Assembly: GCA_021813685.1 (NCBI GenBank)
Contig: JAKAJS010000238.1
Location: forward strand, 842-64,841
DNA from: Deltaproteobacteria bacterium
GTDB taxonomy: Bacteria > Desulfobacterota > Syntrophobacteria > Syntrophobacterales > Syntrophobacteraceae
Reading direction: 5' to 3'
Length of the DNA: 64,000 bases
Positions 44,676 to 53,600 of this stretch are shown piece after piece. Every line of letters starts with the position of its first letter. Positions within the stretch are counted from its first letter, which is position 1. Both the position numbers and the translations under genes were made by a program. The notes below the pieces were generated by a model. The model did not search any database and was not told where the DNA came from. It saw only the letters and a list, made by a program, of their open reading frames with translations.

Positions 44676-44849
44676 ATGAAAACCATTGACGAAATAGCCT
44701 TGCAGATGAATTTACTGGCTCTTAACGCCGCCGTGGAAGCCGCGCATGCGGGTGAAGCCGGGGCGGGCGTTATTGCCGCGCAAATCCGGAACCTGGCGAT
44801 GAGAGTTGCCGATGCGGCGGCGGCTCCCGAGTCGCTGGGTGTCAATTGA
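44676..44849 (+). pseudogene. Isolated fragment of a methyl-accepting chemotaxis protein signalling domain (57 codons, hairpin-tip region)
   Basis: '[49 protein letters not shown]' compares with the conserved MCP tip '[44 protein letters not shown]'. There are no sensor, TM, HAMP or flanking methylation helices. Confidence 0.7.
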
Positions 44850-44882
44850 TTATTGTTGATTGCCGGTTGTTGCGGGCGTCAA

Positions 44883-46628
44883 TCACCCCGTGCTTTCCTC
44901 GCCTTTTTCCGGGGTGAGGATACCGGATTTTTCGAGCATGGCGGCGCCTCCCATGACGTTTGCGGTGTTGGTGATCCCCGCTTTGGCAAGGCGTCGCACC
45001 GCTTCATAGGACCTTGCTCCCGAACTGCAGACCACAAGCAGCCGCTTGTCTTTTGGCACCTCATCTTTTCTCTTTTCCAAAGCATCCTGGGGAATGTTGA
45101 CCCATCGATTGCCGAAGCGTTTGACAAAGGGGGCGGCTTCGGTCGGTTCTCTGACGTCGAGGCAGAGGCAGTCCTTACTCTCATCGACCAGGAAACACTT
45201 TTCGAACTCCTCGGGGCGTAGCGGCCGGCTGAGACCGTCCAGGATGTTTTCGGCCGTGTTTCCGGCCGCATTGACAATGTCCAGGGCCGAGGCAAAGGGC
45301 GGGGAGTAGGCTATTTCGAGATTGGAGATGGCCTCCACGGTAGCTCTGTCGAGAAGGGTTGCGCCAATGGCGTTTATCCTGCCGGTGACCGCATCTCCGT
45401 TGGCTCCCACGGCCTGGGCGCCGAGAATGCGCCGGGTCTTGCGGTCGACCGTCAGTTGCAGGTAGATCACGTCGTGGGTCGGGTAGAAGTGCGCCCTGTC
45501 GGCCTGGACGACGATAACGGACTGCGCGTCGAACCCGTTGTTCAAAGCTGCTTGATACGTCAGGCCCACGGAGGCGACGGAGAGATCGAAAATCTTTATG
45601 GCGAAGCTGCCCACCGTGCCGTCGAACCTGGCCAAGCCGCCGGCGAGGTTTGTCCCGATGACCCGGCCCTGCCGGTTTGCAAGCGAGCCCTGCGGGAAAT
45701 AGACGGGTTTTCCCGTAATCAGGTTCGGAATTTCTATACAGTCACCGCCCGCATAGATATTCGGATCGGAGGTCTGGAGTCTTACATTTACGACTATCGC
45801 CCCCGAGGGCGCAACGAGGAGCCCGGCTTCCCGGGCGAGTCTGGAATCGGGGTGCACGCCTACCGCCGGAATCACGATCTGGGCCTCGATCGGCGCCTCC
45901 TCGGACACCTGCACTTCGAGGAGGCCGTTTTCGCCCTTTTTTCGTATTTCGCTCACCCTGCGCCCCAGATGGAGACGAACGCCTTTTTCTTCCAGATGTA
46001 CCCGAACGGTTTCGGCAAGCGCGTGGTCGAGCGCTCCGGGAAGAACATGGTCGGCCATCTCGATAATGTGGGTTTCGATCCCCCAAAGGTCTGCGAGCGC
46101 CTCGGCCATTTCACACCCGATCGGTCCTGCGCCGATGATGACGGCCCTGCTCACCTCTCCTTTGGAAAGTTTGTTCTTCACCGTAATGGCGGCGTGAAGG
46201 TCTGTCACCGTGATCACCCCCGGCAGATCGATGCCTGGAATAGGAGGCCTATTGGCAGCACTTCCCGTGGCGATCACCAACGAGTCGTAGGGAAGGTCCT
46301 CTTCCACGCCGGTTGGAAGGTCCAATACCCGCACCACCTTTTTCGCCCGGTCGATGGAAAGCGCCCGCGTTCGGGGCCTCACCCGGACATCCTTGGAATC
46401 GCGGAAAAACTCCGGCGTTCTTTCCTTGTGAAAGCTCGTGCTCATCAGCTCCTCGACGTCGCTGATGTCTCCGGAGATGAAATAGGGGATTCCGCACCCG
46501 CCGTAGGAAATGTATTCGTCCTGGTCGATGATGGTCACATCGCTTTCCGGATCGAGCCTTTTGAGACGGCATGCCGCCTTTGGCCCAAGGGCTACCCCAC
46601 CGATTATCACCACTTTTTTTACACTCAT
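44883..46628 (-). CDS. CoA-disulfide reductase / NADH-dependent persulfide reductase-like flavoprotein fused to a C-terminal rhodanese domain
   Basis: ATG at 46628 follows GGGAGGAAA. FAD fold 'VVIIGGVALGPKAA'. Redox Cys 'YISYGGCGIPYF'. NAD fold 'AVIIGAGPIGCEMA'. Rhodanese loop 'LLVVCSSGARS'. Confidence 0.88.
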   Translation of the reverse strand: MSVKKVVIIGGVALGPKAACRLKRLDPESDVTIIDQDEYISYGGCGIPYFISGDISDVEELMSTSFHKERTPEFFRDSKDVRVRPRTRALSIDRAKKVVRVLDLPTGVEEDLPYDSLVIATGSAANRPPIPGIDLPGVITVTDLHAAITVKNKLSKGEVSRAVIIGAGPIGCEMAEALADLWGIETHIIEMADHVLPGALDHALAETVRVHLEEKGVRLHLGRRVSEIRKKGENGLLEVQVSEEAPIEAQIVIPAVGVHPDSRLAREAGLLVAPSGAIVVNVRLQTSDPNIYAGGDCIEIPNLITGKPVYFPQGSLANRQGRVIGTNLAGGLARFDGTVGSFAIKIFDLSVASVGLTYQAALNNGFDAQSVIVVQADRAHFYPTHDVIYLQLTVDRKTRRILGAQAVGANGDAVTGRINAIGATLLDRATVEAISNLEIAYSPPFASALDIVNAAGNTAENILDGLSRPLRPEEFEKCFLVDESKDCLCLDVREPTEAAPFVKRFGNRWVNIPQDALEKRKDEVPKDKRLLVVCSSGARSYEAVRRLAKAGITNTANVMGGAAMLEKSGILTPEKGEESTG

Positions 46629-46784
46629 CGGATTTCCTCCCACCCAGCGCACCACTCAGGGTATTCCACAGGCCTGCGGTACGGTGCTGCTATGACGAAA
46701 CGGATTATGCATGTAACGTAAGAAACGCAAAGGATGGCTTCAAGGATTGCGAAAAGTTTGCAGGAAATATTCTTTTTGGAAAAA

Positions 46785-47699
46785 TTATGGGGCATTCTTT
46801 TTAAACGTCTGATATTGCGCTGTAAAGGAGTCTATTGCCATTTTCATGAAAGTCTCCAGTGCTGGAGAGCACCATTTATCCTTGTGCCGGATCATCAGAA
46901 TTCCGGTTTCCAAATCATCGGCCCAGGTCACCCTCACTATTCGCCCGTCTCTTATTTCCGTGCGCACGGCGATCTCCGGGATAACAGTTATTCCGATTCC
47001 CGCCATTATTGTCTGTTTTATGGCCTCGATACTGTTCATTTCCATCACGGTGGTCGGTGTCACCCTTTCGGCCGCCATGGCCTGTTCGAACTCCATTCGG
47101 TATCCGCAGTCATTTTTAGGCAAAAGGATCACCTGACCCTGGAGGTCTTTGAAGTCGCTACGTTCGCAAGCTGTCAACGGGTGACCCGGATAGGTGACCA
47201 TCGCCAGGGGTTCGCTACCCAAAAAAACCGCCTCCAGATTCTTTCCGCTGATGGTGTCCGCAAGCAGAAACGCAAGGTCCACCGTGCCGATTCGGAGTTC
47301 GTTTTCCAGCGAATGCACGGCGCAGCTGGTTATGTCCAGCCGCACCCCGGGAAAACGCGGTTGATATTCCCTCAGGATGGAAGGCAGGTAATAGGTGGCG
47401 ATGGTCTGAGGCATCCTCAAGGTCAGAAGGCTTGATGCCGGGTTTTTGCCGGCAATCTCGGCCAGCGCCTCATCCCTGATTGCCAGAAGTTTATCGGCAT
47501 AGAGGAGCATTTTTGCCCCCGCCTCGGTGAGCCGAAAGGACTTGCCGATGCGCGTGAATAGGTCGACCCCTATTTCGTTTTCAAGCGTTTTTATCTGGGC
47601 CGAAACCGTCGACTGCGCATAGTTGAGGACCTCGGCGGCCTGGTTGAAGTTCATAAGGGTCGCCACGGTTCGAAAGGTTCGCAGGCGCTGGAGGTCCAT
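46785..47699 (-). CDS. LysR-family transcriptional regulator
   Basis: 304 aa. HTH 'LRTFRTVATLMNFNQAAEVLNYAQSTVSAQIKTLE'. Divergent from the OsmC-like gene. Confidence 0.92.
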   Translation of the reverse strand: MDLQRLRTFRTVATLMNFNQAAEVLNYAQSTVSAQIKTLENEIGVDLFTRIGKSFRLTEAGAKMLLYADKLLAIRDEALAEIAGKNPASSLLTLRMPQTIATYYLPSILREYQPRFPGVRLDITSCAVHSLENELRIGTVDLAFLLADTISGKNLEAVFLGSEPLAMVTYPGHPLTACERSDFKDLQGQVILLPKNDCGYRMEFEQAMAAERVTPTTVMEMNSIEAIKQTIMAGIGITVIPEIAVRTEIRDGRIVRVTWADDLETGILMIRHKDKWCSPALETFMKMAIDSFTAQYQTFKKNAP

Positions 47700-47865
47700 C
47701 CCGATTCTCTCCTCGTATAATCGAATTTTACGATAAGGTTATGCAAACAATTCATTGGACGCGCCGATGGGACGTTCATTACTCTATATATACTGGAATT
47801 TACGCTTTGCAAGTACTAACCATAAATGGCGATTGATCGTTTGGCCACGCAGAGAGGAGTCGAAA

Positions 47866-48336
47866 ATGAATCCGAAGGAAACCGCCCCGGCGGGCAGGCT
47901 GGAACCGATCCACGTTGCGGCGACTGTGGCAGCAGGCCCGGGGCGTCGGATGGTTGGCAGGGCAGGCGATCACGAGATTGTCATGGATGTAAGCCAAAGA
48001 CATGGGGGCGAGGGCGCGGGACCGACTCCGCCGGAATGTCTGGCCATGGCTCTGGGGGGATGCATGGTAAATATCTGTCGCATCATTGCGATGCAGAAGG
48101 GAATCGCCCTTGGTGAACTCAGGGTATCGATTGCCGGAGATATCGACCCATCGAGGGCAATGGGCATTGCTGCAGACGAGAGGGCGGGGTTTTTGGGTCT
48201 GTCGGTGGAGGTTGAGACGCCCCCCAGTGTCAGTGAGAGCGAAAAGGAGGCTTTTCGCCTGGAGCTTATCGAGCGATGCCCGCTCTGTGATACGATCGGT
48301 TGCCCCACACCCCTGCGGATCGTGTTCGTAAATTAG
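47866..48336 (+). CDS. OsmC/Ohr-family (peroxiredoxin-like) protein
   Basis: ATG at 47866 follows GAGAGGAG. 'GAGPTPPECLAMALGGCM' and the C-terminal 'ERCPLCDTI' carry the two conserved Cys regions. Confidence 0.8.
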   Translation: MNPKETAPAGRLEPIHVAATVAAGPGRRMVGRAGDHEIVMDVSQRHGGEGAGPTPPECLAMALGGCMVNICRIIAMQKGIALGELRVSIAGDIDPSRAMGIAADERAGFLGLSVEVETPPSVSESEKEAFRLELIERCPLCDTIGCPTPLRIVFVN

Positions 48337-48734
48337 GAAGCGTTTCGGGATTGGGGACGGCAGCGGCCGGGCATATCTCGGAGATAATGATTTTTCCCGG
48401 GTATGCCTTGATCCGACTGCCGTTTTCTTCTGTTTCCGCGTGCGTACAACCAAGTCCGGCCATGTAGACGGCGCTGATAAAGATTAGCTTTATCTTGTAA
48501 GGCATGGCGTTTGTCAAACGCACAGTCTATCTGAAAAGTGAGAGTTTCGGGTATGGACACGCGGTCAATGATCATTACTTTTGGACACATATTGTCATCA
48601 CCCTTGACCCTGTTTGCAGCGGTTCCGGCAAGCAGGCGATTCTGAGTGTTTTTTCTTTTTTCCGCGAGCAATCGATTCGGCAACAACTGAGGTTCGGCGA
48701 TTGATCTTCCCCAGCCGGAAGGAGATTTTTTCGC

Positions 48735-49008
48735 ATGCATGTCCTCGTAACCGGGGGGGCAGGATTTATCGGATCATTGATTGCCGATGAACTGTGGTCG
48801 GGTATGGATATCGTGTTCGGGTGCCGGACAGCCTGGTTGAACGCTCTTCTACGCTCCGTTCTACCGCTTATAAATCGATTCGGGGTATCCGGAGGAGATG
48901 GCGCGCCGGGCGAGAGTCCGCGGTCTTTCCTACACGCCCGAAAGGATGGCCGCAGGGTATGTGGAAGTGTACCGGGAGCTTTTGCATGGCGCATCGGAGG
49001 GCAACTGA
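48735..49008 (+). pseudogene. Remnant of an NAD-dependent epimerase/dehydratase-type gene (internal deletion/frame change)
   Basis: It starts 'MHVLVTGGAGFIGSLIADEL' (Rossmann GxxGxxG) and then loses sense. Another frame carries a ~44-codon C-terminal-like tail '...ARRARVRGLSYTPERMAAGYVEVYRELL', ending at TGA 49006..49008, directly before the next ATG. Confidence 0.55.
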
Positions 49009-50145
49009 ATGAAAATAGCGATGTTTTACCATTCTCTCGTATCGGATTGGAACCACCGCAATGCCCATTTCCTGCGGGGGATCGTCTCCGAGCTTCTTTC
49101 GCGCGGCCATGAAGTCGAGGTATACGAACCGGCCAACGGGTGGAGTCTTCGGAACCTGCTGGACGAACATGGAGTGGAACCGATCCGCAGGTTTACGCAA
49201 AGCTACGGGTTGAGCAGCAATCTGTATGATCCGGCGACCCTCGATTTGGACGAGGCACTCGACGGCGCCGACCTTGCAGTCGTTCATGAGTGGAATGACC
49301 ACGATCTCGTAAAACGGATCGGTGCTCATCGAAACGGCATGAAGAGCTACAGGCTCCTGTTTCATGACACGCACCACCGCTGCGTGACCGATCCGGAAGC
49401 AATCGGTGCCTATGATTTGCGCCACTACGACGGTGTGCTGGCCTGCGGCCGGGTAATTCGCGACATCTATCTCGAAAAATCCTGGGCTCGCAAGGCCTGG
49501 ACCTGGCACGAGGCTGCCGATACGAGGGTATTTCACCCGCTGTGTCTTGCGGAGAGCGAAAAGGCCGGTCAGGTTGTCTGGATCGGCAATTGGGGAGATG
49601 AAGAAAGAACGGCCGAACTGAGGGAGTTCTTCATTGAACCGGTAAGAGAACTGAAGCTCAAGGCGCAGGCTTACGGCGTGAGATATCCCGAGTATGCGCT
49701 CGCAGCTCTTGCGGAGGCGGCAATAGACTACAGGGGCTGGATTGCAAACTACCATGTGCCAGAGGTCTTCGCCCGTTTCCGGGTAACGGTGCACATTCCC
49801 CGCCGTCCCTATGTCGATCTGCTTCCGGGCATCCCGACTATCAGGCCGTTTGAAGCCCTCGCCTGTGGTATCCCGCTTGTCTGTTCCCGGTGGGAGGATG
49901 TCGAGGGCCTTTTTTACCCGGGGCGCGACTACCTTGTGGCGCGCAGCGGAAGGGAGATGAAATGCCACCTCGAAGCTGTTCTGCATGACCCGGGGCTTGC
50001 GAGCGATCTGGCATCAAGTGGGCTTCGAACTATCCTTTCCCGCCACACCTGTTCTCATCGTGTGGAAGAACTTCTGCGTATTTACAACGAATTGGAAAAG
50101 GAACCCAATGACCGGGAGAAAGGGCCGCATGTCCGCAGGCCGTAG
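49009..50145 (+). CDS. CgeB-like glycosyltransferase family protein
   Basis: 378 aa. 'MKIAMFYHSLVSDWNHRNAHFLRGIVSELLSRGHEVEVYEP', 'VVWIGNWGDEER' and 'RPFEALACGIPLV' are typical of this family. Confidence 0.7.
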   Translation: MKIAMFYHSLVSDWNHRNAHFLRGIVSELLSRGHEVEVYEPANGWSLRNLLDEHGVEPIRRFTQSYGLSSNLYDPATLDLDEALDGADLAVVHEWNDHDLVKRIGAHRNGMKSYRLLFHDTHHRCVTDPEAIGAYDLRHYDGVLACGRVIRDIYLEKSWARKAWTWHEAADTRVFHPLCLAESEKAGQVVWIGNWGDEERTAELREFFIEPVRELKLKAQAYGVRYPEYALAALAEAAIDYRGWIANYHVPEVFARFRVTVHIPRRPYVDLLPGIPTIRPFEALACGIPLVCSRWEDVEGLFYPGRDYLVARSGREMKCHLEAVLHDPGLASDLASSGLRTILSRHTCSHRVEELLRIYNELEKEPNDREKGPHVRRP

Positions 50146-50434
50146 CATCGCATTTTTTGCCTCGAGTCTTGCTTCCGCTTACCGGAACGGCGCGCGGGAT
50201 ATTCCCGATCCGCCCTGGGCAAAGGTTGTGGTTTATCCGGGAAAGGGGGAAGAGGGCGTTTTGCAGGCGGTCGAAAGCGCAAACGGGGCCGACGGGGTCG
50301 GCGTTTTCGACGAATTGCTCGAATCCGCCGTGCTCAATTTGAAAAGGAGCACCAATCGGGTCGTTTTCTGGGATGTGGACGCGCCTCGGGACCATATTCC
50401 CGCCGGAACACGACAGTCTGGCCACCCGCAATAG
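50129..50434 (+). pseudogene. Truncated second CgeB-like glycosyltransferase (N-terminal ~100 codons with internal deletion)
   Basis: 'SIAFFASSLASAYRNGA' matches the paralog N-terminus but lacks the following ~35 residues. 'GVGVFDELLESAVLNLKRSTNRVVFWDVDAP' is then followed by a stop. It overlaps the upstream gene by 17 nt. Confidence 0.55.
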
Positions 50435-50695
50435 CGCAGGTATGACTCCGACGCCCTGGAAGTTTCGGGCAGCCGTCTCCTTTGCACATATATGTTGGCC
50501 CATCCGATCCGGGGGAACTATCTTCAATGAGAGGTGAGGTTTACATCGCGGTTCGAGGGGGTATAATTTGTTTAATTATATATTCGAGTACTTGCATGGT
50601 ACGAGACCATGCGGCAACGATGTTTTGGCCGGATCCGGCGCAAATTCCGCCCTTTTCATGATGGCCCAACGGGTCCTGCCCGAAAAGGAAGGATA

Positions 50696-53600
50696 ATGAT
50701 TACACGATTGACGCCCGGAAATAAGCCAGCCGATCGAGATGTTGCCTTGATGGCTCCATCAGCGACTGATTTCAGCGACCTGCCGCGCAGAATCACAAGC
50801 TACGAAATTATCGGAAAGATTGGCGAAAGCCATCGGGCTACGGTCTATAAGGCGCGCGATAAAAAAGACCCGAACCGGTCGGTAGTGCTCAAGGTCCTCA
50901 AGACGACCAATTTGTCCCCGAAAATGATATCTCTTTTCAAACAGAGAATCGAGTATCTCGGCGTTCTCAACGATCCCGGCGTTATCACGCCCACTGCCAT
51001 GGAAGTGGAGCAGGGAATTTGCTTCATAGTGCATGATTATTTTGACGGTGTCTCCCTGGACAAGCTGTTGGGAACGGAAACCAGGCTCGAGGATTTTTTC
51101 ATACTGGCCTGCGGACTGACCGGCACCCTGGAAAAGGTTCATGAGGCCGGGTTTATCCATGCCGGCATAAAACCTCACAACATTCTCGTAAAACCCGACA
51201 CGCTCGAAACAAGGCTGATAGACTTTGTGCGACCGTTCGATGTGAGCGACTTGAGCCATTTCATCTACGAACATTCCTTTGTCAGGCAAACCCTGGCTTA
51301 TACCTCCCCGGAACAAACAGGGCGCATCAATCACAGGGTGACTTTCGCTTCCGACCTCTATTCTTTGGGGATCATATTCTATGAACTGTTGAACGGGGCT
51401 CCCCCGTTCCTGTCTGAGGACCCGCTGGAGCTGATCCACTCCCATCTTGCCAGGGAACCTGCCAGGCTTCCTATGCTACACCCGAAAATTCCCGGGATCT
51501 TACATAAAATCGTCGCCAAACTTCTTCTAAAACAGCCGGAGAAACGCTATCAAAGCTGCCGCGGTCTTCTTGCCGATCTGGAGCGATGCCGGGATGAATA
51601 TTCCTTTACCGGCTCCATCTATGAATTCCCTCTTGAAGGCTCTGCTCATGCGTCCACGTTCGGCTTCACTTCGAAGTTGGTGGGCCGCCAAAAAGAAAAA
51701 GCGGTCATCCTCGAAGAATATGAGCAGGCTGCGAAGGGGAATTTTCGCGGATTGTTGATTTCCGGACTGCCAGGCATTGGAAAGACCAGGCTGGTTCAGG
51801 AACTGGAAAAATCACTTGTAGAACACAGGGGTTATTTCACATCGGGAAAATTTGACGCCTACCAGAAAAATATCCCTTACAGCTCCCTCATCCAGGCGTT
51901 CAAAAACCTGATACGGGTCTTCCTTACCGAAAGAGACGACAGGGTCGAGCTATGGAAAGCGAGGATTTTGAATGCTGTCGGGAAAAACGGGAAAGTTCTG
52001 GCGGACATCATACCCGGTTTGGAAGTCCTTATCGGTCCTCAGCCCGAAATCCAGGCGCTTCCGCCTGCCGAGTCTCTTAAAAGGTTCCACGATACTTTCG
52101 ACAGATTTCTTGCCTCCCTCGCGGGTGAGGACAATCCCCTGACTCTGTTTGTAGACGACCTGCAATGGTGTGATACGGCCTCACTGGATTTTTTAGCAAA
52201 TCTGTTCGAAAACCATCGAGATCACCCTTACCTTTTCTTCCTTGGGGCATATCGCGAAAATGAAGTGGCCGCATGGCATCCTCTTTCCAATTTCCTCCGC
52301 AATGTCGGCAATCGCGGTCAACCATTGAGGGAAATGAGCTTAGGGCCCCTGCGACTCGCTCCCTGCCACAGGATGATATCCAATATTTTCAACTCTACAC
52401 TTGCACAAACGAAGGAGTTGTCTGACTTCATATACGCTCTCAGTGAAGGCAATCCTCTTTTCGTTACCGAAAGTCTCTCCTATCTGTATAACGAAAACCT
52501 TCTGTTTCTCGACGAAGACAGAAAATGGCGATGGGACTTCGACCGCATCCGCCGGTCCAGCATGCCTGCGACTGTTGTCGCCCTCTTTCGCTTGAAGATC
52601 TCCAAGCTTTCGCCCGATCTTGGTTCGGCACTGGAATATGGCGCGTGCATAGGCAGCGCGTTTTCGCCAACCGAACTGTCATCGGTCATGGAAATGAGTC
52701 CGATTGAAACCTTCAATGTGTTGAAACCGGCCCTGCAGCAGGGACTGCTGACAGAAAACGGCAATCAATTGCAGTTCATCCACGATCGCGTCCAGGAAGC
52801 GGCGTTATCGCTCATACCAGAGGCCCGGTTGCGTCGGATACACAAGCAGATCGGCAGGCATCTTCTTGCTTCCGTTCCACCGGAGGCTGATCTGGAAAAA
52901 GTCGAAAACCTCTTTACCATCGTCTCCCACCTTAACCTGGGAAGGGAGCAGCGCCTCCAGATCGAAGAGGCCTGCTTTTTGTCTGATGTCAATTATCATG
53001 CCGGCAGCAGGGCCTTTGATTCCCTGGCTATCGAAGCGGCGAACAATTACTTCGGAATTTCCCTGGAATTACTGCCCCCGGATTGTTGGGAGGATGAACA
53101 CTATGAGAGAACTTTCAGAAAATTTCAGAAGGCGGCAAAGACCGAGTTGATGTGCGGGAATTCTGAAAAATCCGAAAGGCTGCTAAATGAATTGCTCGAC
53201 CATGCGAGATCGGAACTCGATAAAGTCGAATGTCTTGCGGAACAGACCGTCTCGCTCTCATCGACGGGCAATTTAGCCAAGGCCATAGAGACGGCCAAAA
53301 GGGGCCTTGCCCACTTCGGTTATACGGTTCCGGTTGATTTGAAGGAAGTAGAGGTGATGAGACAGGCCCTGATGGATGAAATTCACTCACGGAATGTCAG
53401 TATCCCGGAAACCTATCTCAACATGCCCTTTGCCGAGGATAGAAGGAGCCGGATCGAACACGCCTTTTACAGCGACCTTCTCGCCGATCTCTATATTTCC
53501 GGTCGCCTGCCTGAGGTCTATCTGGTGGCGGCAATGGCCATCCTGCATTGCCTCTCTGCAGGAATGGACGAATCGGTTATGTACGCATTTACCGCCATGG

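Noticed and set aside
45456-46721. 421-aa plus-strand ORF.
   Set aside because: It is antisense to the CoA-disulfide reductase/rhodanese gene, whose FAD, NAD and redox-Cys motifs are clear. It is an open antisense frame typical of GC-rich DNA.
48266-48523. 85-aa minus-strand ORF with a lipoprotein-like 'MAGLGC'.
   Set aside because: The lipobox is imperfect (no Leu at -3). The ORF would overlap the 3' end of the OsmC-like gene by 70 nt, and no family was recognised.
48868-49986. 372-aa minus-strand ORF.
   Set aside because: It is antisense to the CgeB-like glycosyltransferase. The plus-strand product has family-typical N-terminal and C-terminal motifs, and the antisense product has none.
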